Assembly (NCBI RefSeq): GCF_963921235.1
Contig: NC_086106.1
Span: 22,878,001 to 22,942,000 of the forward strand
Length of the DNA stretch: 64,000 nucleotides
From: Mobula hypostoma
Lineage: Eukaryota
Direction of reading: 5' to 3'
The notes under the pieces are model-generated. The model made no database searches. It saw nothing but the letters and a program-made list of their open reading frames with translations, and was not told the origin of the DNA. Position numbers and translations under genes: made by a program. Shown piece after piece: positions 13,407 through 26,125 of this stretch (positions within the stretch are counted from its first letter, which is position 1; each line of letters begins with the position of its first letter).

Positions 13407-15383
13407 TGTCATGGTCCGAATCGGGGTCCCTTTAAATTTACCTTGTTTATGTTACGAACCTGACCGTTGACTCCCTGTTTTCCCGTTTCCCGCGACTTTG
13501 GTGATTAGAGGCAATTAACGCTGGGCTGAACCGGTAGTTTATAGACTCTGGCTTTTTGCCGTTCGGCGCGGGAGCGTCTGTAAAGTCATCCAAGGTACGC
13601 AGTGCCGATGTCGTCTGTCCGGAGCAAACCTAGTCTCTGCCGAAGCGAGTGCTGGTAGTTCGCCTCTCCTCACCGTAGCAACCCTGTCCAGTTACTTCGC
13701 CAAAGCTAGCTGCAAGGTTTCCTCACCGAGGTGGGTACGTCAGTTAACCCACCGGAGGGAATGAAGAATCGTTGTCTCCTGTTCCCGGGCCGAATCGAGA
13801 GCTCGCCACTACCGGGAGGCTCCTAGTCAAGTCCTGGCTCCGGGGGACATTTAAGTGCCAAGTCAAGCCCCGGCTCCGGAGGCATTCAAGTACCAAATCA
13901 AGCCCTTGCTCCGGGGGGAATTCAAGTAGCAAGTCAAGTCCTGGTTCCGGGGGCATTCAAACAACAAGCCAAGTCCAAACCCTGGCGGCACTGAAGCACA
14001 AGTAAAGTCCTCGCCCTGGGGTATTCAAGCACCAAGTGAAGTCCTTTCCCTGGCGGCATTCAAGCACTAAATCAAGTTTTGGCTCCGGGGGCATTCAAGT
14101 AGCAAGTCAAGTCCTATTCCTGGCGGCATTAAAAGACCAAGTTAAGTCCTGGCCCTGGCGGCATTCAAGTACCAAGTCAAGCCCCTCCCTGGCGGCATTC
14201 GGGCACCATGTCAAGTCCTGGCCCTGTCGGCATTCAAGAACCAAGTCAAATCCTGCCCCTAGCGACATTCAAGCACCAAGTAAAGTCCTCTCCTGGCGGC
14301 ATTCAAGCACCAAGTCAGGTCCATATCCTGGCGGCATTCAAGCACCTAGTCAAGTCCTTCCCTGGCGGCATTGAAGCTCTAAGTCAAGAACTGGCCCTGG
14401 TGGCAGTCAAGCACCAAGTGAAGTCCTGGCCCTGGCGGCATTCAAGCACCATGTCAATTCCTGCCCTGGCGGCATTCAAGCACCAACTCAAGTCCTGGTC
14501 CTGGCGGTCTGTGAATCGTGTACTACCTCCTTGTCTGATTTCCTTCTCTGCCCCTCTCACCTCTAGCGCTCGTCTGCACCCCCGCCTGCACTTCGGTCTA
14601 GTTCCATCACCCGAGCTGGCTAGGTGCTATCTGGTGTTCACCCGTGTTGGTCTGGTCTTGTCTTGTCTTGTCTTCTCCTCGCCTCTGTGGGTTAAGTCAG
14701 GCTGTCTTGCCATTGCTGCGTAGGGGGTCATGTCTTGTGTTGTCTGGTACTCGCCTCCGTGTGGTAGGTCAGGCCGTCTTCCCGTTGCCCTGCGGGGAGT
14801 CATGTCTTGTCTTGTCTTGTCTTGTCCTCGCCTCCGTGGGGTAAGTCAGGCCGTCTTGCCGTTGCCCCGCGGAGGGTCGTGAGTCCCGGCCCTATGTCCC
14901 GTATCCAAGTAGTGGTCCCGGCTGTCTGTTCTGTGTGCGAGTCCCGGCGCGATGTCCTGTACCCAAGGAGGGGTCCCGACTCTGTGTTCTGTGTAGCTGT
15001 CCATGGTTCCATGTACCTGCTCCCCGAGACCGAAGCTCTGTGTTCCCATATTCCTCCTCTCCCTAGCACCTGTCATGTCCTTGCCTGTTTCTGGGGTCCG
15101 AGCCCGAGGCAAGACCCAGGTACTGGGTCCTTGCCCAGTCTCCCGCTCGGAGTCCATACACTAGCCTCTTCGTGACTCCTCTAGTTCTGGGAGCCGATTC
15201 CTAGTCCAAGCCCAGACACTTGGTCCCAGCCTAGTCATAGTCCTGAGTCTTTGTCCAGTTCGCTATTTCCTGCTCCTGCTTTGCTCTCCTGGTATCGAAC
15301 AATACATTAAATCTAAGTAACCTCACAAGATGTGACTTGCATTTGGGTCCACCCTTGCTCCCTAAGCCCTCGCCATTGTGACA
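13407..15383 (+). mobile_element. Solo LTR-like element (about 2 kb) with 5-bp target-site duplication
   Basis: TGTCA...TGACA termini flanked by CCTTC on both sides (13402-13406, 15384-15388). Host Gypsy RT reads through across the site. It contains an internal array of ~35-bp GGCATTCAAGCACCAAGTCAAGTCC units at about 13850-14500. Confidence 0.88.
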
Positions 15384-16402
15384 CCTTCAGATTTCAGACT
15401 ACCCAGCACCTTCCGTATAACGCTTCGTGGTCCTCCAAGGTGGACACAAACACTATGAGGTCGTCCAGAAACACCAATACCTCACGAAGTTTCATATCCC
15501 CCACAGTTTTCTCCATGACACGCTGGAATTTTGCAGGACTGCTGATATGTCTGAGTCATCTTTTCTATCTGGAAGAATCCCAATGGCCATATAAATGCTG
15601 TCTTCTCGTTCTCAGCCTCACACAATGTGATTTGTTAATATCCACTCCTAAATTGGAGCACACTGATCCACTCCGCTCCAGTCAAACACACCGATCCTTT
15701 GGACCGTATACAGGTCGGAATGGTACATCTGTTCAGACTCCAACAGTTCACACCCATCTGTACCTCCAATTCTTCTTCCTGACCACAACAACTCTGGACG
15801 CATAGGGGCTTCTGAACACATTGATCATCCCAGCTTCCATCAACTTTCACAAATGGTGCTGGACTTCGTTCGTGACGTAAGTATGAATTGGCCGTCTTCT
15901 GTTACCCGGATAGTATGACGAGTGCTCTTGGAAAACGCCACATCAAACTCGGCACTGGAAAAGAAACCTTCCAGTTTCAACAACATCTGTATCAATCTAT
16001 TCTTCTGACCCCTACGTACCGAAGAGTCGCCAAAGTTGACTGACAAAGCGGTCAACTTCGCACTTTTTATCCCGATAGGTTCTCTCCGGTTTGTTTCACT
16101 GGAACACTGGACATTACTGTCACCGCGAAGAGATGCGCCGTGGGCATCCTCCGCTTGATGGTGACCTCCCTCTTCGTAGCGCTGCCGTCAATCAGTGCTA
16201 TCCTTTTCGCTTGTGCAGACGAGAATTTCTGCATTTCGGGTCTCACCTGTATTCCAGAGGGAAATCGCGACTGTCCCCCCCCCCCACGCCCACCTCGCGT
16301 GGTCAGGCGGAGCATCCAAATAGAGACACTCGCCCGGGGACACTCTGGGAAGTTTAGGGTTTCGCATTACTCTCGCTTCTTTCCTGGTCCGGGACGGATA
16401 AC

Positions 16403-16940
16403 ATAGAAACATAGAAACATAGAAAATAGCTGCAGGAATAGGCCATTCGGCCCTTCAAGCCTGCACCGCCATTTATTATGATCATGGCTGATCATCCAAC
16501 TCAGAACCCTCCCCCTGCCTTCCCTCCATACCCCCGATCCCCGTAGCCACAAGGTCCATATCTAACTCCCTCTTAAATATAGCCAATGAACTGGCCTCAA
16601 CTGTTTCCTGTGGCAGAGAATTCCACAGATTCACCACTCTCTGTGTGAAGAAGTTTTTCCTAATCTCGGTCATAAAAGGCTACCCCTTTATCCTCAAACT
16701 ATGACCCCTCGTTCTGGACTTCCCCAACATCGGGAGCAATCTTCGCGCATGTAGCTTGTCCAATCCCTTTAGGATTTTATACGTTTCACTCATACCCCCC
16801 CTCAATCTTCTAAATTCCAACGAGTACAGGCCCAGTTCATCCAGTCTTTCTTCATATGAAAGTCCTGACATCCCAGGAATCAATCTGGTGAACCTTCTTT
16901 GTGCTCCCTCTATAGCAAGGATGTCTTTCCTCAGATTTCT
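16403..16940 (-). mobile_element. CR1 3' fragment inserted in Gypsy pol
   Basis: KDILAIEGAQRRFTRLIPGMSGLSYEERL...LGLYSLEFRRLRG, with a (CTATGTTT)n tail at 16403-16425. Confidence 0.9.
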
Positions 16941-17317
16941 CAGGCAGCTTTCTCCAGCTTTCTCCTTGCAGCCTCCCATGAGCCTCCCCACAATAGGAGT
17001 GTTGCTCCCCATAGCAAAGGAAAAACGCCCTTCTGTACGGGGACAGCACAAATTAGTGCTACTGTATCAAGCACCTGAGCCACCCCCACATCGGCCTCCG
17101 AAAACTCCAGCTTCACCGAGAAATAAGTGAACAGGGATAACCCCTCATACAAGGACCTCAGATCTCTCGTGCACTGAGTCGCGTCAGTGGTAAATCCGTC
17201 GAAAACTGTCAGTAAATTGAAAGGTACAGCAAAGTTAACAGTGTCCCTTTGTCAAGTAAGACTCTCGCATGAAAACCCTGAATTTATAACGATACACCGG
17301 AGCTTAGCCCCCGTAAG

Positions 17318-17633
17318 NNNNNNNNNNNNNNNNNNNNNNNNNNNNNNNNNNNNNNNNNNNNNNNNNNNNNNNNNNNNNNNNNNNNNNNNNNNNNNNNNNN
17401 NNNNNNNNNNNNNNNNNNNNNNNNNNNNNNNNNNNNNNNNNNNNNNNNNNNNNNNNNNNNNNNNNNNNNNNNNNNNNNNNNNNNNNNNNNNNNNNNNNNN
17501 NNNNNNNNNNNNNNNNNNNNNNNNNNNNNNNNNNNNNNNNNNNNNNNNNNNNNNNNNNNNNNNNNNNNNNNNNNNNNNNNNNNNNNNNNNNNNNNNNNNN
17601 NNNNNNNNNNNNNNNNNNNNNNNNNNNNNNNNN
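17318..17633. other. Assembly gap (N run)
   Basis: 316 Ns. Confidence 1.
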
Positions 17634-19299
17634 CTTGATATATTGCAGGGAATATGTTACCTCTGATGCGCCTGGCCGTCCCCACACTGTGTCTCTTTTA
17701 TGTTTTCCCAACGACTCCTTCTGCTTAGATAAACGGGTTCTCACCCTCCCAGGGATTTCCCGTCGTTCACGCTGCCGACTGAAATGTTCCTCATCACCAC
17801 AGGTATACCAGTAAAACCGGCCGCTCTCCTTCTCTACTTTGTTCTTGGGAGCAGGCACAAACTACGGTAGCTGGGAATTTGAACCTGGGGATTTTTCCAT
17901 TTCCTCGCCTGAGAGGTAAGGGCGGATACTAACTCATAATGCTTACTGCTCACCGGGGGACGGGGACTCATTAGACATTCCAAATCAGACAACTCCTTCC
18001 TCTCGCTAAGCAGAAACAAGGGAATCCTGTCATTGAAGATTCCGCCTCCAACTGCGGGAGTCTCAACTTTACACGCTCCTCCTCCAGGCAGGTATTGACA
18101 GTTCACGGCAACACCTGTCCTGGGACCCCTATAGTACCAGGCAGAGCCACTGCTGTTACGTCAGCTCTAGTCTGAACTAAAACAAAGTCTGTGCTCATAT
18201 GTAATCAAATCTCCGCTCCACAATCGTACCTTTATCTACAGTTTTGAAGTACTTAAAAGTCGAACGAACAGTTCATTCGGAGTGCGAATATCTACCCCTC
18301 TCAATACACACGCATTGCCTACCGGTAACCCAGTGGATTTACACCACCGCTCAACACTGGAAGTATCCCTACTATCACAAACTTAAATACAAAACCCACT
18401 GATTCAATAATCAGAGAAATCACAGAGCATCCAACCAAATCAATCCCGAAAGATACCCCCACAATTGTAATACTCAGGTTCTATCGGCTGAGCAAGTCGA
18501 GGGAAGACAATTTCTGACCCCACCATATGAATGATATTGAGGTGCAAAACCTCCTGTTTGCGTTTATGCTCCGTGATATGTTACCCTCTTGCAAATCAGT
18601 ACTACAAAAGAACAGCCGGTACGCCATATGCAATTACACGATTTGGCTTTAAAATTCTTCATTTTACTAAAGGGCTAATAATGTAAGACAAAAAAGGTGC
18701 AATTTTACTTAAACAGTCTAATGTGCACAAGTTGGTGCTCACATTTTCCATTCCGCTGGCTGTCCATCGGGTTCCCTGGGCTTGGTCAGCTCTGGCCCCA
18801 CTTCAAGTCCACACCTTTCTGGTGTCTACGACCTCTACTTTATAGCATCTTTTTTCACCTTTTTTCGCAGAGGAAAGCACCTATAACACCTCGGTGTTTG
18901 GCACATACCCAGAAAATAAACACACTCCGCCCGTTATCTCCAATTATAGCCCAAGCACTGCTGCTACAAAAAGACCATTAGCGGTGCAGCCATTTGCAGT
19001 GTGTTGTAGAAGCATGCGTACATCCACAGAACTTGACCATAAAACAATAAGATACAGGAACAGAAGTAGGGCATTCGGCTCATCGAGTCCGCTCCGCAGT
19101 TCAATGGTTGGCTGACCCAATTCCGCCTGATATCTCCACTTCACTTCTTTCATCCCGTATTCTTTCATGCCTTCGCTAATCAAGTACTTATTTATCTCTG
19201 CCTTAAATACACTCATTGCCTTGACTTCCATAGCTGATGGTGGCGACAAATTCTAGAAATATATCATTCCCTGATTCTTAGTGATATCAGAAAAAGTGA

Positions 19300-21330
19300 G
19301 AAGTCAAGCCGACACCTGACTACAGCTAGAAGTGGACATATCGATGGAGAACATGCCTCAAATGACGAATGTTATGCGGCACTAGATAAGGGGCTGGAGA
19401 AGGCGCTGGAGAAGGAAAAATCTTTCCTGACTTCATGAACATGAGATTGGATATAGCGATCGTTTGTAATGGTATAGACAATAACTGTTAGTGGGCCGCA
19501 GCTGGGCTACTGTGTGATACTTCTGTCATTAAATTGAAGAACAAAAGTGATTGTAATGCAGAAGGTGTTACGTCGGGATGCTAGCTTATGGAAATAAACC
19601 AGAACACAATATAAACAAAAAAAACGGATGTTTTTTTTTTATATATACTAATATAAAGATGAGCGGGGGAGCTAACATCAACGTTGATCCCTTTGAGGAC
19701 GAGAAAAGGGGAATTGATTTAGGTCATTGGGGAAATGGCTGAGATTTTGAATGACTATTTTGTGTCAATTTTCACGTTGGAGGACACATCCAACATGGCA
19801 CGGGAGAGATGTTATTGATCTGATGGCAGTTGAATACCTCGATACAACGGTACGCACAAAATAGATAGTTCTAACCAAACGTCTGGGCCTGAGGATAGAT
19901 AAGTCCCCAGTACTGATGGAATGCATCGTATACACTAAAAGCAATGGCAAATGTTCTAGTAGAGGTTTCAGTGATATTTACCAAAACTTACTGAATACTG
20001 AGCGGGTCCTTCCGGATTGGAAGACGGCGAATATCAAGCCACTGTTTGAAAATGTATGCAGGCAGAAAGGGTAACTATGTGCCAGGAAGTTCAATATCTG
20101 AACCTGGGAAAATGCTTGAAACTATCATTAAAGAAGGGACGAGGCATCTGGAAAGAAATATATCCATCAGCCAGACACAGCACTGGTTCAGCATAGGCAA
20201 GTATGAGTTGAAAACTTAATGGAGTTATTTCGAGGATATAACGGGAGAGGAACAGATCGATGTTATCGACTTGGATTTCTGAAAGCGATCGAGAAGGTGA
20301 CGCATAAAAAAAGTTATCCATAAAAACAGCATTATTAGATTTTCGTGTGATGTGTTAGACAGAATGGAGGATTGCACAGCCAATAGAAAACAGAGAGTGT
20401 GGGGGATACATATGTGTTACTGTAGTTCAGAATCGAGCTTCAGCAGTGTGCTGCAGGGTTAGGTATTCGGCCCACCACTGTTCAGTGATCTGGATGAGGA
20501 GACTGAGTGCAGTCTATCTAAGTTTGCTGATGATACTGCAAACGGGAAAAGCAAATTGGGCCGAAGAAACGGAGAGTCTGCAGACACAAATAGCTAGATT
20601 AAGCGAGTGGGCAAAATTCTGCCAGATCAAGGACATTGTTTGTAAATGTAAGGTTATCTACTTTGGAAGACAAAATGAAAGAGCAATATATTATTCTAAT
20701 GATAAAATTGCAGCATGTCGTTTTGCAGACGGAGTTGGGAATATTTATACATGAATCACAAAAGTTTGGTTTGTTGGCTCAACAGGCTATCAAGAAGGCA
20801 AGTGGAATGCTGAGCTTTATCGCTGGTGTGATTGAATTTAAGAACAGGGAGGTCATGCTGCAAATGTGCATGGCACTGCTGAGGCTGCAGCTGGAGTACT
20901 GCGTGCAGTTCTGGTTCCCTAACTTGAGGAAGGAGATACCGCCTCTGGAGGTGATTCACCAGGTTGATTCCGGAGATGAGGCGGTTAGATATTGAGGAGT
21001 ATATTGAGATATATATTGAGGCGGTTAGATATTGAGCCTGGCACTGTGCTCGCCGGAATTCAGAAGAATGAGAGGAGTCCACAGAGAAGCATATAAAATT
21101 ATGAAAACGATAGATAAAATTCAGGCAGGAAATTTGTTACAACAGGTGGGTGAGAGCAGAACAGCGCATATTGCCTCACGATTCCGGGGAAGAGATGTAT
21201 GACTGATGAAAAGAAAATACTTTGCACAGATTGTGCTGAGTCTGTTCAATTCTCTGCACAATGCAGCAGTGGAAGACCAGTATTTGGTAACTCTCCTTTT
21301 GATTTCACTGCAAGTTTTTTGTACTACACT
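19300..21330 (+). mobile_element. Old degraded CR1
   Basis: Decayed RT motifs, for example NREVMLQMCMALLRLQLEYCVQFWFP. Boundaries are approximate. Confidence 0.75.
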
Positions 21331-21399
21331 CATACAAATAGCTATAAATATGCCCCATCATCTGCCAGTCTTTCCTGATATTGATTGACACCTGATTAG

Positions 21400-23818
21400 T
21401 TCCAAGGGTTTAGATGGGACAGAGTTTGTTAAGTGTGTCCAGGACGGATTCCTGTCACAGTATGTGGACAGGCCGACCAGGGGGAATGCAATACTAGATC
21501 GAGTACTAGGTAATGAACCGGGTCAGGTCACAGATACCTCAGTGGGTGAGCATCTGGGAGACAGTGACCACCGCTCCCTGGCCTTTAGCATTATCATGGA
21601 AAAGGATAGAAGCAGAGAGGACAGGATTTTTTTTTCTTTTAATTGGGGAAAGGCAAATTATGAGGCTATAAGGCTAAAACTTGCGGGTATGAATTGTGAT
21701 GATGTTTTTGCAGGAAAATGTACTATGGGCATGTGGTCGAGGTATAGATATCTCCTGCGGGATGTTAGGGATAAATCTGTCCCGGTGAGGAAAATAAAGA
21801 ACGGTAGGGTCAAGGAACCATGGGTGACAGGTGAGGTGGAAGATCCAGTCAGGTGGAAGAAGGCAGCATACATGAGCTTTAGGAAGCAAGGATCAGATGG
21901 GTCATTGAAGAATATAGGGAGGCAAGAAAGGAGCTTAAGAAGGGGATGAAAAGAGCAAGAAGGGGACATGAGAAGGCCTTGGCGAGTAGAGTAAAGGGAA
22001 ACTCAAAGGCCTTCTTCAATTATGTGAAGAAAAAAAGGATGACAGGAGTGAAGGTAGGACCGAGTAGAGATAAAGCTGGGAAGATGTTACTGATGGCTGT
22101 GGAAGTGAGCGAGGCCCTCAATGAATACATCTCTTCGGTATTCAACAATGAGAAGGAACTTGATGATAGTGAGGACAATATGAGTGAGGTTGATGTTCTG
22201 GAACATGTTGATATTAAGAGAGAGGAGCTGTTCGAATTGTTAAAACTCATACGGACAACTAAGTCCCCGGGGCGTGAGGGAATATTCCCCAGGCTGCTCC
22301 ACGAGGCGAGAGAGAAGATTGCTGAGCCTCTGGCTAGGATCTTTATGTCCTCGTTGTCCACGGGAATGGTAACGGAGGACTGGAGCAAGGCGAATGTTTA
22401 CCCCTTGCTCAAAAAAGGTAGTAGGGATTGTCTATGTAATTATACACCAGTGAGCCTTACATCAGTGGTGGGAAAGCTGTTGAAAAAATTCTTAGAGATA
22501 GGATCTATATTCATTTAGAGAATCATGGTCTGATCAGCGACAGTCAGCATGGCTTTGTGAAGGGCAGATCGTGTCTAACAAGCCGGATAGAGTTCTTTAA
22601 GGAGGTGACCAGGCATATAGATGAGGATAGTGCAGTGGTTGTGATCTATATAGATTTTTGTAACGCATTTGACAACGTTCGACACTGTAGGCTTATTCAG
22701 AAAGTTAGAAGGCATGGGATCCAGGGAAGTTTGGCCAGGTGGATTTAAAATTGGCTTGCCTGCAGAAGCCAGAGGGTGGTGATGGAGGGGGTCCATTCAG
22801 ATTAAGGGGATTGTAACTAGTGGTGTCCAACAATGATCTGTTCTGGGAACTGTACTTTTCGTGATTTTTATTAGCGACCTGGATCTGGGGGTAGAAGGCT
22901 GAGTTGGCAGGTCTGCAGACGGCACAAAGGTTGGTGGTGTTATAGATAGTGTAGAGGATTGTCAAAGATTGCAGAGAGACATTGATAGGATGCAGGATTT
23001 GGGTTGAGAAGTGGCATATGGAGTTCAACCCGGAAAAGTGTGAGGTGGTACACTTTGGAAGGACAAACTCCAAGGCAGAGTACAAAGTAAATGGCAGGAT
23101 ACTTGGTAGTGTGGTGGAGCAGAGGGATGTCAGGGTGCATGTCCACAGATCCCTGAAAGTTGCCTCACAGGTGGATAGGGTAGTTAAGAAAACTTATTGG
23201 GTGTTACTTTTAAGAAGTCGAGGGATAGAGATTAAGAGAAGCGACATAATGATGCAGCTCTATAAAAATCTTGTTAGGCGACACTTGGTGTACTGTGTAC
23301 AGTTCTGGTCACCTCACTATAGGAAGGATGTCGAAGCATTGGAAAGTGTACAGAGGAAATCTGCCAGGATGCTTCCTGGTTTAGAAGGTATGCATTATGA
23401 TCAGAGGTTAGAGGAGCTAGGGCTTTACTCTTTGGAGAGAAGCAGGATGAGAGGAGACATGATAGAGGTGTACAAGATAATAAGAGTAATAGATAGAGTG
23501 GATAGCCAGCGCCTCTTCCCCAGGGCACCACTGCTCAATACAAGAGGATATGGCTTAAAGTAAGGGGTGGGAAGTTAAGGGGGTATTTTAGAGACAGGTT
23601 TTTTGACTCAGAGACTGGTTGGTGCATGGAATGCATTGCCTGAGTCAGTGGTGGAGGCAGATACACTAGTGAAGTTTAAGAGACTACTAGACAGGTATGT
23701 GGAGAAGTTTAAGGTGGGGGCTTATATGGGAGGCAGGGTTTGAGGGTCGGCACAATATTGCGGGATGAGGGGCCTGTACTGTGCTGTACTATTCTATGTT
23801 CTATGTTCTATATGTTCT
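21400..23818 (+). mobile_element. 5'-truncated CR1 LINE (ORF2 with frameshifts, 3' tail)
   Basis: PTRGNAILD..., NYTPVSLTSVVGKLL, FNPEKCEVVHFG, ERSRMRGDMIEVYK; tail CTATGTTCTATGTT at about 23790-23818. Confidence 0.93.
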
Positions 23819-23819
23819 A

Positions 23820-25330
23820 CAAATTTGACTATCTTAGATTTATGCCCGTTTTCCTCTTCCTCCGCTCTATCATTCTGGTTCCCATCCCCCTGCCAAATTA
23901 GTTCAAACACCCCGTAAAAGCTCTATAAAAACCTTCCGGCCAGGATATTGGTCCCCTTTGGGTTCAGGTATAGCCTGTCCATCTTGAACAGTTTATACTT
24001 CCCACAGAAGAGATCACAATTATCCAAGAATCTGAAGCCCTGTCCCCTGCACCACTCCCTCAGCCACGCGTTCATCTGCCCGATCCTACTATTCTTGCCC
24101 TCGCTAGCACCTGGAACAGGTTACTCCAGAGATTATTACCCTGGAGGTCCTGCTTCTCAGCTTCCTTCCTAACGCCCAGAAGTCTCTCTTCAGCACCTAA
24201 TCCCTTGTCCTATCTATGTCCTTGATACCAACATGTACCAAGACTACTGGCTGCTCGCCCTCCGTATTCATAATATTCTGGATCCGATCCGAGATATCCT
24301 GTACCCTGGCACCTGGGAGGGAACACACCATGCGGGTGTCTCTATCAGGCTCACAGAATCACCTGTCCGTTCCCCTGACTATGAAATATCCTATGACTAC
24401 CGCATTCCGCTTCACCCTCCTTCCCTCCAGCACAACAGCGCCAGGCTCAGTGCCAGAGTCCTGATAACCGTGGGGGTCCCCTGACAGGTTATCCCCCTCA
24501 ACAGCGTCCAGAACAAGATATTTAGTGGTGAGGGGGACAGCCACAGTTGTGCTCTACACTATCCGGGCATTTCACTTCCCTGTCTTGACAGTGACTCAGT
24601 TTTCTGAACCCTGTAGCCTCGGGATGACGACCTCCCTGTAGCTCCTGTCTATCACCTCATCTCTTTTCCCGATAAGCAGTAGGTCATCAAGCTGCAGCTC
24701 CAGATCCCTAACACGGTCTTTGAGGAGCTGCATCTCTGTGCACCTGGCGCAGATGTGGTCATCAGGGTGGCTGGAGGTCTGCCAGGATTCCCACATCTGA
24801 CACCCAGAACAAAGCAGTAACCCTGCAGGCATGCTGTCTGGTTATACAGGAGCGAAACAGGAAAAGTACGTCTACTCACCCACTTCCCTCGCCAAACAGA
24901 CGAACTTTATAAACCGTTAGCTCGTACCATTAGCTGGGTGAGCCCTGCTGTTCCTGTCTATCCGGCCGATTCGTGAAAGGGGAGGTGGGGGGAGAAAATA
25001 AAAAAAGAAAGAGTTGGTGCTTCGCTCCCACCTCTTCCCGTTTACCGCCGAAGCCCGTTGAACCCAGAGCCCTACACTCTGCAACCACTCACTCCGCTGT
25101 CTGCTCCGACAGCTGCCCGCTGTATAAGGTGGTCTCCTTTTTAAAGTCTCCGCGCTGTTCTGTTATATCACGCGCCTGCGCAGTCTCGTCCTTCTTGCAC
25201 TCGGAGTTTTTTTTTAAACGGCCATCCTTCAGAATTCAGCTTCCACTCCGCTCTGTAGTCTCGATCGAAAAGAAAGCCGTAGGAAGCAATACGAGTCTTA
25301 GTCTCAACAGATTTTCCAGTTACTGGATGA
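23820..25330 (-). mobile_element. CR1 5' portion (ORF1 zinc finger/coiled coil and SGNH esterase-like region)
   Basis: CSGCQMWE...ICARCTEMQLLKDRVRDLELQLDDL and AVVIGYFIVRGTDR (decayed GDSIVRG). Confidence 0.85.
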
Positions 25331-25484
25331 ATGGCAAAAGTTGAGAATAGTAGAGTGGTTAAAACGGTACTGGCTGCAGATATAGTGAGTTTACCTGAGA
25401 CAGCAGATTCTTTAGCAGCGAAGACTGATTATCTGCAGCTCTGGAGGATGTTTTCGGCTACCGGAAATCAGCAAATTCAATTCA

Positions 25485-26125
25485 GATTCAAATTCAAATT
25501 CAAAAATCTTTATTGTCATTCTAACCATACATCAGCTCTGCAGGGCAGAATGAGACAGCGTTTCTCGGGGGCTGTGCAATCATAACATAATAAACGCAAC
25601 ACTAAATAATAAACATAACAATCAATAGTAAAACACAGCAACCACATGTCAGTTAAAATCAGTTATAAGTGTCCAGTGCAAGTTAAAAGTATCCAAAGCA
25701 GACCTTAGGCTAAAGTTTAGGCACAAATTCCAGGAGGAAATTGAGAAGTTATTTCCGTATGACAGTGGGGTCTGAAAAGAGGATGCTGTCCAAGTCGCAT
25801 GCCATCTTGGACAATGTTTCCCATCCACTGTGTAATGTATTGGTTTGGCACAGGAGTACATTACCAGAGACTCATTACACCGAGATGAAACACAGAGCGT
25901 CATTAGAAGTTATTCCTGCCTGTGGCCATCAAACTTCACAACTCCTCCCTCGGAAGGTCAGACACCCTGAGCCAATAGCGGGTCCTGGACTTATTTCCTG
26001 GCATAATTTGCATATTACTATTTAACTATGTATGGTTTTATTACTATTTAATTATATACGGTGCAACTGTAACGAAAACCATTTGCCCCCGGGACCAATA
26101 ATGTATGACGATGACTATGACTATA
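25485..26125. mobile_element. Two Rex1/Babar-like LINE 3' fragments in opposite orientations
   Basis: A (TTCAAA)n tail at the left end. The right piece encodes ILDNVSHPL and ends in a (ATGACT)n tail; the same tail type is at about 52970. Confidence 0.55.

Larger units (their letters stand above)
8390..18900 (-). mobile_element. Degenerate Ty3/Gypsy retrotransposon (PNMA-like gag, protease, RT, RNase H, integrase) hosting three nested insertions
   Basis: Minus-strand motifs in order: gag zinc-knuckle relic YTCGDEEHFSRQ (about 17800), protease region (17000-17250), RT KTAFIWPLGF...VFLDDLIVF (15420-15610), RT thumb (13140-13400), RNase H VLAFAD...LGG / PVAFV...LEFLALKWAV / DNNPLTY...NIDADAL (13080-10130), integrase YSPYYLIFGPEARLPID (about 9380), and a polypurine tract at about 8394-8410. 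A matching LTR pair was not established. Confidence 0.85.

Noticed and set aside
13744-14723. Multiple overlapping ORFs and regularly spaced repeats (also 3459-3887 and 39931-40529) suggesting genes or a CRISPR array
   Set aside because: These are tandem minisatellite units without unique spacers inside LTR-like elements; the ORFs are by-products of stop-poor repeats.
17187-17858. Long ORFs in the track spanning N runs (also 49466-49845)
   Set aside because: Artefacts of translating assembly gaps.
18154-18900. Candidate 5' LTR of the 8.4-18.9 kb Gypsy
   Set aside because: It begins TGTTAC after a primer-site-like sequence, but no matching copy was found left of the polypurine tract at 8393, so it is not reported as a separate feature.
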